Shown here: positions 1 to 22,899 of the stretch, piece by piece
Layout of the letters: every line of letters begins with the position of its first letter
Numbering within the stretch: the first letter of the stretch is position 1
DNA from: Eledone cirrhosa
Lineage: Eukaryota
DNA length: 64,000 nucleotides
Reading direction: 5' to 3'
Assembly: GCA_964016885.1 (NCBI GenBank)
Contig: OZ024741.1
Span: forward strand, 234,484,001 to 234,548,000
Notes under the pieces: generated by a model
The model's database searches: none
Seen by the model: only the letters and a program-made list of their open reading frames with translations
What the model was told of the DNA's origin: nothing
Program-made: the position numbers and the translations under genes

Positions 1-1
1 G

Positions 2-300
2 TCATCCTCCATGCGCATCACATGTCCATACCACACACAGTCTCCTCTCTCGCACACTACATTCTATCCCTCTCAGACACAGTTTCTCTCTCAACACATT
101 CATGCTGGGTCGTTCACGCACATTGACACTGCACATCCAACGGAGCATGCTTGCCTCATTTCTCTCCAGCCGTCGCATATCCTCTGCAGTTGCTACCCAT
201 GTTTCACTACCAGGCAGCATCACGCTCCTCACACAGGCATCATACAAACCGGCCTTTCGTATGCAGGGAGAAACCCTTCTTTGTCAGCAGAAGAATCAGC
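2..300 (-). mobile_element. RTE-clade LINE fragment (C-terminal part of RT ORF)
   Basis: Minus ORF YDACVRSVML.GSETW...RRLERNEASMLRWMC matches the RTE copies at 16352-17156 and 20071-20859. Confidence 0.85.
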
Positions 301-307
301 TCCCTCA

Positions 308-748
308 ACAAAAACAACAACTACAATAACAACGACAGCAACAACAACTGCCACCACCATCACTGACCATCCACCACCACCACCATCAACATACTGACAC
401 CATCCACCACCTTCACCACCACCACGACCACCATCACTGCCACTATACACCACCACCGCCATCCACCACCACCATCACTGGCACCATCCACCACCACCCG
501 CCATCACCACCATCCACCGACCCCATCCACCGACCCCATCCACCACCTTCACGCACCACCACTACTACCCCCACCACCATCACTAGCACCATCCACCACC
601 ACCACCACCATCGGTCACCATCCACCACCACCACCATCACTGACAACATCCACCATCTCCACCACTACCATCACCACCACCATCACTGACACCATCCACC
701 ACCATCACCATGACTGACACCATCCACCACCACCACCACCATTACCAG
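308..748. repeat. (ACA)n then degenerate (CAC/CAT)n low-complexity repeat
   Basis: Direct inspection; recurring unit ccaccatcactgacaccatccacc. Confidence 0.9.
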
Positions 749-1029
749 TGTAAAGCAAACAATTATTATTATTATATAAAAACTGAACTAGACTGGGATA
801 TTGCAACAGTTGACATGATTTTGATTTTCTATCAATACTGCCGGTAATATATATATATATATGTGTGTGTGTTTGTATGCATGAATGATGTTGGTGTGTG
901 AGTGGTGTGTGTGTTTGTAGTTTGTATGCATGAGTGTTGGTGTGTGAGTGTGTGTGTGTTGTGTCAATAAGTGTTTTTTTTTTTTATGACCATGCTGTAA
1001 AATGGAGGGGTAGAGAGGGCCCTTGAGTC

Positions 1030-1130
1030 TAGTAAGACATCCTCTCTAGTGCAGGTGGCACAAATAAAAGCACCCAGTCCAGGCTGTAAAGTGGCACTGG
1101 TGTTAGAAAGGGCATTCAACCAGTGTATCA
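1030..1130 (+). mobile_element. Degenerate RTE 3'UTR relic
   Basis: aaaagcacccagtcc..ctgtaaagtgg..ggtgttagaaagggcatt resembles the RTE 3'UTR motif at 17215-17320. Confidence 0.55.
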
Positions 1131-1176
1131 ATGGCAAAACGCTTATCAGCACAGCAACAAATAGGAACAACAACAA

Positions 1177-1354
1177 ATGTATATATGTATATATGTATAT
1201 GTATATATATATATATGTATATATATATATGTGTGTATATATATCATATATATATATATATATATGTATAATATGTATATATTGTATATGTATATATGTA
1301 TATATATATATATGTGTGTATATATATATGTATATATATATATGTATGTATATA

Positions 1355-1387
<33 letters not shown>

Positions 1388-1610
1388 ATATGTATGTATA
1401 TATATATATATGTAAATATATATGTATATATATATGTATATATATATATGTATATATATATATGTATATATATGTATATATATATGTATATATATATATA
1501 TGTATATATATATGTATATATATATATATGTAAATATATATGTATATATATATGTATATATATATATGTATATATATGTATATATATATATGTATATATA
1601 TGTATATATG

Positions 1611-1643
<33 letters not shown>

Positions 1644-1795
1644 GTATATATATATATGTATATATATATATGTATATATGTATATATGTATATATATGTA
1701 TATATTGTATATATATGTATATATGTATATATATGTATATATGTATATATATGTATATATGTATATATATATATATATGTATATATGTATATATG

Positions 1796-1864
<69 letters not shown>

Positions 1865-1940
1865 GTATAATATGCATATATATGTATATATATATATATA
1901 TGTATCTATATATATATATATCTATATATAATATGTATCT
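1177..1940. repeat. (TA)n/(TATATG)n microsatellite
   Basis: Direct inspection. Confidence 0.98.
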
Positions 1941-2135
1941 TAAATGTAAGTATGCATGTATACGTACATACATATATGTATACAGACGTACAGTAGCATG
2001 CACATATATACTGTACGTCTGTATACATATATGTATGTACGTATACATGTATGTACGTATACATGCATACTTACATTTAAGTAAGTGCCATACTAAGAGT
2101 GAGAAATGAAATTTCGTTTTCATTTTGTTTCAATT
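1940..2135. repeat. Small fold-back repeat element; related copy at 37215-37505
   Basis: taaatgtaagtatgcatgtatacgtacatac...gtatgtacgtatacatgcatacttacattta inverted arms; shared tail tactaagagtg.gaaa.gaaatttcgttt. Confidence 0.7.
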
Positions 2136-2188
2136 TATATATGTATCTATATATATATATCTATATATATATATATATCTATATATAT

Positions 2189-2777
2189 ATATTGTTATAC
2201 TTTGGGAGGGTCATGTTGCAATAAGAAACACACCGCACCAGTTGCTTTCACTTCAATTTAATTTAATATATATTTATAAATTTACAAATTTATAAATTTC
2301 TGGTTGGTTGGTTGGTTCCACAACCAGATAGTTGTTTATATATATATAGTCATAGTTCTTTCGTCACACACTCTGTGACCTCTTCAGTGACTGGGGATTT
2401 CTTTCTTCGTTTCTGTGCCTTTCCTTTCTTCTATCCTACGCCATTTTGTAGGATAATGGCGTAGGATAGAAGAAAGGAAAGGCACAGAAACGAAGAAAGA
2501 AATCCCCAGTCACTGAAGAGGTCACAGAGTGTGTGACGAAAGAACTATGACTATATATATATAAACAACTATCTGGTTGTGGAACCAACCAACCAACCAG
2601 AAATTTATAAATTTGTAAATTTATAAATATATATTAAATTAAATTGAAGTTTAAATTGAAGTGAAAGCAACTGGTGCGTGTGTTTCTTATTGGCAACATG
2701 ACCCTCCCAAAGTATAACAATATCGGTTTCAGCACACGATTTCAGATAAAGAATCTTGCTAAACAAATTCAGAAACG

Positions 2778-2780
<3 letters not shown>
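2189..2780 (+). mobile_element. Fold-back (inverted pseudo-LTR-like) element with hammerhead core and start of an ORF; probably Penelope-like
   Basis: Near-perfect inverted arms 2189-2445 / 2455-2723 with a 9-nt loop; HHR core in each arm; ATG at 2698 reads [27 protein letters not shown] into TA repeat. Confidence 0.75.
2508..2552 (+). ncRNA. Minimal type I hammerhead ribozyme motif (mirror copy on minus strand 2348-2392)
   Basis: agtca-CTGAAGA-g-gtcaca(gagtg)tgtgac-GAAA-gaac-TA-tgact: 5-bp stem I, 6-bp stem II, minimal stem III, CUA cleavage triplet. Confidence 0.8.
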
Positions 2781-3520
<740 letters not shown>

Positions 3521-3521
3521 A

Positions 3522-4003
3522 TATGGGATGAGCTGATAAACTCCGACCTCACACACTTACACCTCTCCAAGACAATGTCACTGGACCGTGACCTTTGGCG
3601 GTACTCAGTAACAGAGAAGACCCGCCTTGCCAGTAGGCATCTCTAACAAAATACACCCCTCCCGCCGCCACCCCCACCCCATCCACACCACCCCGTTCTA
3701 TGTAAAGTTATGTTGGTGCCGCGCCATCCAGGCCGAAACAAATGAGATCGTGTAGGTGTCACGACAAAAAAACACACAGTCCACGCTGTAATGTGGCCGT
3801 GTAGGCAACACGGTAAAAACCTCCCAGACCCACACTGTAAATGTGGTTGGTGTTAGGAAGGGCATCCAACTGTAGAAAACCTGCCAGACAGTCCTATGCG
3901 AGCAAGACAATCACTCTTGCCTCAAGTGGGACTACCCCCGTCCAAACCCATGCAAGCGTGGAACACGGACGTTAAACGTTGATGATGATGATGATGATGA
4001 TGA
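3522..4003 (+). mobile_element. RTE LINE 3' end (ORF end, 3'UTR, (GAT)n tail)
   Basis: [35 protein letters not shown]; 3'UTR essentially identical to 20880-21253. Confidence 0.92.
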
Positions 4004-4024
4004 TATATATATATATGATATTTA

Positions 4025-4074
<50 letters not shown>

Positions 4075-4122
4075 ATGATATATATATATATGATATATAT
4101 ATATATGATATATATATATATG

Positions 4123-4162
<40 letters not shown>

Positions 4163-4178
4163 GATATATATATATATG

Positions 4179-4209
<31 letters not shown>

Positions 4210-4228
4210 TATGATATATATATATATG

Positions 4229-4259
<31 letters not shown>

Positions 4260-4278
4260 TATGATATATATATATATG

Positions 4279-4309
<31 letters not shown>

Positions 4310-4328
4310 TATGATATATATATATATG

Positions 4329-4359
<31 letters not shown>

Positions 4360-4414
4360 TATATGTGTATATATATATATATATGTATATATATGTATAT
4401 ATATATGTATGTAT
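4004..4414. repeat. TA microsatellite with GATATA variants and ~60-bp higher-order repeat
   Basis: Lines starting 4141 and 4201 are identical; tgatatatatatatat units. Confidence 0.9.
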
Positions 4415-5022
4415 GTCAGGTCACCAGTGGGTGCTACTGGTAACATGTATCCCAGTACAACCTGTCTCATGGTCGGGACGTTGACGACTAAACTGGCAAC
4501 CCCACCAAGGTTTCTTGGTGAGGAGGGTGACTTTGGACATCCTGCAGGACTAAAAACAAAACCTGTCAAAGGGCAAAGGAGCTCTTAAGAGTCAATGGCC
4601 ATCCAAAATCACCGGGAGAGATGACTCCTTAGCCTTTGTCAAGGCAGAATTCTAGGAGAAGGAAAACTCTGATATAACACCTGCAACCCTGATGGTATCC
4701 AATGATGTTGACTTGTTCTTCTTTTTGGTAAATATCATCTTGGTTAAGAGACTGGGACTGGCTTTGTGCAGTGCCTTTACTCACTATAAAAGCTTCACGA
4801 CACGGGCATTGCTTTATATCTGGAGATCTCTCTGCACTTGTCGTGACATGGTACCATGGGCCCAGCACTATGTGTCAATAATTGTCACAGGTGTAGTGTT
4901 TGTACCAGAGTTTTCAAGTCGCTGACTGGACTAAAAAGTCATACTCGTTCAGCGCATCGGTAGGGGTTCTCCAAGATGGATATAAAGTAGTGGCCGTACT
5001 CGAAAACGAGTTGGCAGTCACC
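4415..5022 (+). mobile_element. Internally deleted (bipartite) RTE/BovB-like non-autonomous element
   Basis: 5' part resembles RTE 5'UTR (gactaaactggcaacccc; ctaggagaaggaaaactctga); 4856-4963 encodes C-terminal C2H2 [23 protein letters not shown]; 3' stem-loop ctcg-aaaa-cgag. Confidence 0.6.
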
Positions 5023-7793
<2,771 letters not shown>

Positions 7794-10700
7794 GCCATTA
7801 CTGGCACCCCAAAAGTCACACCAGTGCTGCTGCTGAATGTCAGGGGCCTGGTGAAACTCAGCAACATGAGTAAAATTTCCTACCTGGGAGACTTAGCCAT
7901 AAGCAATCAAGCACTATGCATGGCACTAACCGAAACGCACCTGACAAGCAGTATAGCAGATGCAGAAATACATATACCGAAATATACTGTATTTCGTTCG
8001 GACAGGAAGGAGAGAACTCATGGTGGGGTTGCTCTGTATATCCGTGAAGATGTCACACCAATTGTACTGTTGACACATTCAAACTCAGTCTGTGACACAC
8101 TGATAATACATATGAAGCAACTACAGACGGTAATATGTGTCACATATCGGCCGCCCGATGCCCCCAGTCATGAGGGTAAATTTGAGGATAGCCTAAGTAG
8201 GATAGAAGAGGTCCTTGACAAACTGGACCAGGGTCTCAACATCCTACTGCTGGGAGACTTCAACCTACCAAAGGTCAAATGGCCTGAGGGCCACCTCCTC
8301 CCTGGAATGACGTCAATAGAACAGAGACAGACGGAATCCCTGCTGGCCCTCACACACAGGCTGTTCATGGAGCAAGCAATACTCCTCCCAACAAGAGGCG
8401 AAAATGTCCTGGACCTCTGTTTTACAAACAACGAAGTGCTCATCCACAATGTAAAGGTGACACCAACAATTCTCTCGGATCATAACTTGGTAGAGCTAAT
8501 GATATGTGGTCCAAGAGAACCAACAGAGACAAAACCACCAAGAAGCTCCGGGACGCTATCCAGCCTTAACTTCTACGGGGCTGACTGGAAGAAGATTAAG
8601 AGTGAAATCCGGAAGCAAACATGGAGTGCAAACATCGCCACACAAGACACTAACACACAATTTCAACACTTCATGACAACGATACACACCATATGCAAAA
8701 AGTGTGTCCCGGAGAAAGAGGCAAACAGACACAAAAATCTTATTCCCAGAGATAGGAAAATCCTTATGAGACGTAGAACTAAACTCTCAAACCAGTTGAA
8801 TAGTCAACCAAACCAAAACAAGAAGGAATCCTATTTGAAACGTGCACTACTTGACACCGAGATTGCACTCAAGCTTTCACATGAGAATGAGAGGGCAAGG
8901 AAAGAGAACAGGGCCATAGAAAACATTAAAACAAACCCTAAGGCCTTCTTTAAATTTGCAAAAGAAACTGCCTCAGTACACTGCAAGATTGGACCACTCT
9001 TCCACACGGACGGTTCATTAACCGAAAATCCCCAAGAGATATGTGAAATACTGAACGAACAGTACAAAAGTGTCTTCACATGTCCACTGAGGCACATGCA
9101 AATAACGAAGCCAGAGGAGTTCTTTGATGCCACAACACTACATCAAGAAATGGCAACCATCAACCACATAGACATAACGGAGGAGGATGTGGTGTACGCC
9201 ATTGATGAAATTAGAACAGACTCGGCTGCTGGACCTGATGGATTCCCAGCAGTTCTCCTAAAAATATGTAAGCGGGCCTTAGCAACTCCACTGAAGATAC
9301 TCTTCAGAAGCTCCTTGGCTAGCGGTGTACTACCCAGGGAGCTGAAAGAAGGCACAATATGCCCTATCCATAAAGGAGGTAGTAGAGCGGAGGCCAAGAA
9401 CTATAGGCCAGTCTCCCTGACGTCGCATATCAGTAAGGTCATGGAGCGAGTCGTCAGAAAGAAACTAATCACTTTCCTCGAAGAAAATGACCGCCTGACT
9501 AGCACGCAACATGGCTTCCGCCCAGGAAGAAGCTGCCTTACACAGCTGCTACATCACTACGACTGGGTACTGAGACAGCTACTAGACAGCTCACATGTAG
9601 ACGTGATATATCTTGACTTTGCGAAGGCCTTTGACAAGGTCGACCACGGAATGATATGTCACAAACTACACGGACTCGGCATAACTGGAAAAGTAGGTGA
9701 GTGGCTGCATGGCTTCCTGAGGGACAGAAGCCAGGCAGTCGCAGCAAATGGGGCCCTCTCGAGGGAAACACCGATAACAAGTGGGGTGCCTCAGGGGACA
9801 GTCCTGGGACCACTACTGTTTTTGGTGGCTCTTTCGGACATGCCCTCTGTGGTGCATGCAACAACATCCCTCACTAGCTATGCTGATGACACTAAGGTAG
9901 CACAGGCAATCAAAAACCCGGCTGACGCTGCCCTCTTACAGCAGGATCTGGATGCCATATACAGATGGGCGGAAGAAAACAACATGCAGTTTAATGCTGG
10001 CAAATTCCAAGCCCTACAATACAAACCTGCAAACACAAACACAAATATAGCGGAACACAGCTACACAGGACCAGGAGGGACCGATATCCCCGTGTCAAAA
10101 TCGATACGAGACCTGGGCATAGACATGAGCGATGATGCATCTTTTTCTTCACACATCATGAAGGTGGCGACAGCATGTAGACGATTCGCTGGCTGGATCT
10201 TGAGGACTTTCCTTACAAGAGATCGAGACACCATGTTGACACTGTGGAGGACTTTTGTCCTAAGCCGCCTGGACTACTGCTCCCAGCTGTGGTCACCCCC
10301 ATAGTGTCAAACTAACCACAGAGCTTGAGGCAATCCAGCGAAACTACACCAAGAGGATTGCCAAGATGAGGGAGACAAGCTACTGGGAGAGGCTGAAGGA
10401 ACTGAACCTCTACTCCTTGGAGCGAAGACGGGAGAGATACGCAGTGATCTACATGTGGAAATTCCTGGAGGGACTAGCACCAAACTTTGGCATTGGGAGC
10501 TGGACCAACCGTCGAACAGGACGTCACTGTGTGGTGCCAAAGGTCCCGTCTTCCACATCTAGAATAAGGAGCAGGTATTGCAATAGCCTGGGATTCAGGG
10601 GCCCTCAACTCTTCAACAGGCTGCCGAGGCATCTGCGAGACTTGCATGACGTGGAGGTGGATGTCTTTAAGAAACATCTCGACACCTTGTTATCCAGGAT

Positions 10701-10797
10701 CCTGGATGAGCCCACAGCAAGACACGAGGGAAACCTAAGGGCAGCAGCAACAAACTCACTCCTACACCAGTGGCCAACCTATACAGGCTGGAGATAA
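7794..10797 (+). pseudogene. LINE ORF2 (AP endonuclease + reverse transcriptase) with a single +1 frameshift
   Basis: Open to 10304; removing one C from the C5 run at 10296-10300 restores [23 protein letters not shown] and joins the 10366-10797 ORF. Confidence 0.9.
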
Positions 10798-10872
10798 AAT
10801 GTGTAGCAACAAGGGCGGTGCCCCAGCATGGCCTCAGCCGGATGGCTGAAACAGGTAAAAGAGTAAAGAGTA
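7794..10872 (+). mobile_element. CR1/L2-group (Jockey superfamily) LINE: ORF2 plus 3'UTR, no ORF1 visible
   Basis: APE motifs ([30 protein letters not shown]); RT motifs ([46 protein letters not shown]); tail gtaaaagagtaaagag. Confidence 0.93.
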
Positions 10873-16351
<5,479 letters not shown>

Positions 16352-17456
16352 ATGGAAATGGCCTTGCTCAGTATGTAGGGAAGGTGTAGGTAGGAACTCC
16401 ATTCTCTGCCCCAAATGCAAACAATGGGTACACAAGAGATGTAGCGGGATCTCAGGAAGCTTAATTAAGAATGTAGGATTCACATGCAGCAGCTGTGCTG
16501 AAACAGCAAGCAAACAGCCACAGGAAACAAGCACCACCAATCTCTGGGAGGGCCCTGTAGAAACAGTAGACAGCTTCTGCTACCTAGGTGACCGAATTAG
16601 CAACGGAGGTGGGTGCTCAGAAAGTACAATAACTAGGGTAAGAACGGGATGGAAGAAGTTTAGGGAACTACTACCACTGCTAGCTGCAAAAGGCTTCTCC
16701 CTCAGAATGAAAGGCAGACTGTATGATGCGTGTATCCGAACAGCGATGTTGCATGGTAGTGAGACCTGGGCGCTGAAGGTGGAAGACTTACGTAGATTAG
16801 AGAGAAACGAAGTCTGCATGCTCCGATGGATGTGTAACAGTAATATACGTGAACGACAAAGCATAAAGGAATTGAGAGAGAGACTGAGCATAAGAGGAAT
16901 CAAATGCTGCGTGCAGGAGAGGCGGTTACGCTGGTATGGACATGTGATGCGTATGAAGGATGACAGCTGCATAAAAAGGTGCAGAGCACTAGAAGTTGAT
17001 GGAAACCGCGGAGTGGGGAGACCCAAGATGACTTGGGATGAGGTGATAAAAGCCGACCTTACCCAACTACACCTCTCAAAGTCAATGACACACGACCGTG
17101 ACTTCTGGCGTCACGCAGTAATACAGGGTACCCGACCTCCCATGGGTACATGCTGAAGCATATAAACAATATGCCCCCCCCCCCACCGCAAGGTGGCCGT
17201 GGAGGTGCCACGGCAAAAAAGCACCCAGCCCACACTGTAAAGTGGACGTGTAGGCGCCACGAAAAAGCACCCAGCACTCACTGTAAATGAGGTTGGTGTT
17301 AGGAAGGGCATCCAGCTGTAGAAATCAAGCCAGATCAGTTCCTGTATGAGCAAGGCATGGTCAGCCGACCAGACACTGCCCACAACAGGACAACCCGTCT
17401 AACCCATGCTAGCGTGGAAGAACGGACGTAAAACGGTGATGATGATGATGATGATG
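16352..17456 (+). mobile_element. 5'-truncated RTE LINE (PHD-like insert, RT end, 3'UTR, (GAT)n tail)
   Basis: [31 protein letters not shown]...FTCSSC; FCYLGD; HGSETW; [11 protein letters not shown]; stop at 17156; tail 17437-17456. Confidence 0.93.
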
Positions 17457-18689
<1,233 letters not shown>

Positions 18690-21253
18690 GTAAGGTGGAG
18701 GGGTCAATTAAGGCCAAAAAGTAGGCTTGGAAAGTATGGCGGGATGGGGGAAGTAGAGAAGACTATCAAGTGGCCAGGAGGGAAGCTAGGAGACAAGTGT
18801 ACTTAGCAAGAAGGGAAGCTGAGGAAAGAAAGTTCAAGCATGTTCTACAACACGATGACCAAAAACGTGAGGTGTTCAGGATTGCTATGCAATACGTCAA
18901 AGAAAACCGTGATATTGTCGGGGAGAAGTGTGTACTAAACGACGATGGCACACTTGCCATTACCGATGCTGATAAGAAGGTAGCTTGGAAGTGTCACTAT
19001 GAAAGGCTACTAAATGAGGAGAATAAATGGGAGAAAGACAGTCTCCCCCATATCGACCCAATAGAGGGAACAGCAGTGTTAGTCGAGGGGAGTATAATAA
19101 GTAAGGCAATCAAGGATATGAAGACGGGTAAGGCGGCTGGGCCTTCGGAAATAGTTGCTGAGATGCTGAAGGCATCTGGCACGGTGGGACACACCATGGT
19201 CACCCGCATAGTTAACCAAGTCGTACAGAATGGGGTTGTTCCGAAGAACTGGCATAGCAGCATCATCGTTAACTGTTATAAGGGTAAAGGAGACGCCCTA
19301 GATAGGAGTAACTATAGAGGCATTAAATTAATCGACCAGGTCATGAAGGTCACGGAAAAAGTAATAGCGCAACTAATCAGAGAGAGAATTGACCTAGATG
19401 AAATGCAGTTCGGGTTTGTGTCAGGCAAAAGTACCACAGACGCTCTTTTCATAGTACGACAACTACAGGAGAAGTACCTAGCTAAAGGTAAACCCCTCTA
19501 CTTAGCTTTTGTCGACTTGGAGAAAGCCTTCGACAGAGTCCCCCGCTCCATTATCTGGTGGGCTCTTAGAAAACTAGGCGTTGACGAATGGCTTGTGAGG
19601 GCTATACAAACCATGTATAAAGAAACAGTCAGCAAGGTTAGAATTAACAACGAATATAGTGAAGAGTTTAGCGTAAAAGTTGGCGTCCATCAGGGCTCTG
19701 TTCTCAGCCCCCTACTATTTATTATTGCCCTTCAGGCTATAACAGAGGAGTTCAAGACAGGCTGCCCATGGGAACTCCTATACGCAGACGACCTGACACT
19801 CATAGCGGAATCAATGGCCGAGCTAGAGAAGAAATTCCAAACATGGAAGCACGGCCTAGAGTCAAAAGGACTTAAAATTAACCTGGCTAAGACCAAAGTT
19901 CTAGTTTGTAGGAAAGAAAACAAGGCGGCGGTCCCTTCTGGGAAATGGTCGTGCTCGGTGTGTAGGAAAGGCGTAGGTAGAAACTCCATTTTATGTCCTA
20001 AATGCAAAGTATGGGTGCATAAAAGATGTAGTGGGATCACAGGTAAGCTAACTAAGAACATAGATTTTACATGTGGCCGGTATGTAGGAAAGGCGTAGGT
20101 AGAAACTCCATTTTATGTCCTAAATGCAAAGTATGGGTGCATAAAAGATGTAGTGGGATCACAGGTAAGCTAACTAAGAACATAGATTTTACATGTGGCC
20201 GGTGTTCTGGTGCAATAAGTAGCAGCAAGTGCCCACAAAATACTAGCTCTTTCAATTGCGCAGAGGGTTCTATAGAAATAGTGGACAGCTTCCGTTACCT
20301 GGGCGATAAAATCAGCAGTGGGGGAGGGTGCTCTGAAAGTACTGTAGCTAGAGTCAGAACTGGTTGGAAAAAGTTCAGAGAGCTTATACCACTATTAGCT
20401 GCTAAAGGGTTCTCCCTAAAAATGAAAGGCAAGTTGTACGATGCCTGCATACGAACAGCAATGCTGCATGGCAGTGAGACCTGGGCATTGTGTGCAGAGG
20501 ATATACGCAGACTAGAGAGGAACGAAGCTTGCATGCTCCGCTGGATGTGTAACAGTAATATACGTGAACGGCAAAGCATAAACGAACTAAGGAAAAAATT
20601 AGAGATAAGAGGGATCAGATGTTGTTTACTCGAGAGAAGGCTACGTTGGTATGGACACGTGATGCGCATGAAAGTCGATAGCTGTATAACAAAGTGCAGG
20701 GCAATAAAGATAGACGGTAGTCACGGAATAGGCAGACCTAGAAAAACCTGGGACGAGCTGATAAACTCCGACATCACACACTTACACCTCTCCAAGACAA
20801 TGTCACTGGACCGAGACCTTTGGCGGTACTCAGTAACAGAGAAGACCCGCCTTACCTAAATATATAGTAAAACCTACTCCAGCCAGTAGGCATCTCTAAC
20901 AAAATACACCCCGTACCCCCCCCCCCCCCCATCCACACCACCCCGTTCTATGTAAAGTTATGTTGGTGCCGCGCCATCCAGGCCGAAACAAATGAGATCG
21001 TGTAGGTGTCACGACAAAAAAACACACAGTCCACGCTGTAATGTGGCCGTGTAGGCAACACGGTAAAAACCTCCCAGACCCACACTGTAAATGTGGTTGG
21101 TGTTAGGAAGGGCATCCAACTGTAGAAAACCTGCCAGACAGTCCTATGCGAGCAAGACAATCACTCTTGCCTCAAGTGGGACTACCCCCGTCCAAACCCA
21201 TGCAAGCGTGGAACACGGACGTTAAACGTTGATGATGATGATGATGATGATGA
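18690..21253 (+). mobile_element. 5'-truncated RTE LINE with complete RT, frameshifted by a 122-bp internal tandem duplication
   Basis: NYRGIKL, MQFGF, FVDLEKAFDRVPR, GVHQGSVLSPLLF, LLYADD; ORFs 18770-20098 and 20071-20859; (GAT)n tail. Confidence 0.95.
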
Positions 21254-21710
<457 letters not shown>

Positions 21711-21711
21711 T

Positions 21712-22490
21712 AGCGGCGATGAATTAGTTTTGCGAGGTTTTTTATATGAAATCGTGTGTCGAAACAGATATTGTTATATTTGGGGAGGGTCATATTTGCG
21801 TAATATTGCCAGAATTAATAACAGAACACACTCACTGTTTGGTTGGTTTTCGCTTCTCGCTGTCTTTTATATATATATATCTGCGATCTAACTTACTCGG
21901 TCCTCAATGTTGCCATTGACTGACCGGCGGTCAAAAATAATACAGATACAATATAGACAAACACATATATATATAGTTTACATAATTTACATAAATCTTT
22001 CGTTGCACATCTGCAACATCGTCAGTGGTGTTATATTCATTGTTCCTCCTGTTGTGTTGTATGTCTACGCCATTTTTTTTTTTGTTGTTTTTTTTGTTGT
22101 TGTTTTTTTTTTGTTTTGTTTTTTGTTCTTTTTTTTTTTTGTTCAGTCTGTCTATATAGACAGACTGAACAAAAAAAAAAAAAAATGGCGTAGACATACA
22201 ACACAACAGGAGGAACAATGAATATAACACCACTGACGATGTTGCAGATGTGCAACGAAAGATTTATGTAAATTATGTAAACTATATATATATGTGTTTG
22301 TCTATATTGTATCTGTATTATTTTTGACCGCCGGTCAGTCAATGGCAACATTGAGGACCGAGTAAGTTAGATCGCAGATATATATATATAAAAGACAGCG
22401 AGAAGCGAAAACCAACCAAACAGTGAGTGTGTTCTGTTATTAATTCTGGCAATATTACGCAAATATGACCCTCCCCAAATATAACAATAT
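21712..22490 (-). mobile_element. Second fold-back element with hammerhead core and ORF start; probably Penelope-like
   Basis: Inverted arms 21768-22155 / 22156-22490 with no loop (left arm has a longer T-rich tract); minus ORF from 21793 [27 protein letters not shown]. Confidence 0.75.
22229..22268 (+). ncRNA. Minimal hammerhead ribozyme motif (mirror copy on minus strand ~21990-22028)
   Basis: ca-CTGACGA-t-gttgca(gatg)tgcaac-GAAA-gatt-TA-tg; stem II 6 bp, stem I weak. Confidence 0.65.
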
Positions 22491-22516
22491 ATGTATATGT
22501 AAATATATATATATGT

Positions 22517-22548
<32 letters not shown>

Positions 22549-22594
22549 GTATATATATATGTATATATATATATATGTATATATATACATATAT

Positions 22595-22735
22595 ATATAT
22601 ACATATACATACTTTAGCTTATTATATTACAACAGGTCATTTATATACATATTTATATATATACATATATATATATACATATACATACTTTAGCTTATTA
22701 TATTACAACAGGTCATTTATATACATATTTATATA
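22595..22735. repeat. Local tandem duplication (2 copies)
   Basis: catatacatactttagcttattatattacaacaggtcatttatatacatatttatat occurs twice. Confidence 0.9.
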
Positions 22736-22899
22736 AATAAATAAAAATATAAGTATTATTGGTGATTATATATGCTGTTTTTAATTTAAATATAATTTAT
22801 GGGTTATGAAGGATATTGTGTTTACATTTTCAATATATAGTTAAGAAAAAGATGTAGTTTAAAATTTATTAGAGAAGAACTTTTTTTTTTTGTGGAGTG

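Noticed and set aside
229-649. Gly/Val/Trp-rich minus-strand ORFs
   Set aside because: Translation of the (CAC)n low-complexity tract
21907-22351. Mirror-image 104-aa ORFs MLPLTDRRSK on both strands
   Set aside because: A consequence of the palindrome; low complexity and not conserved in the related hairpin
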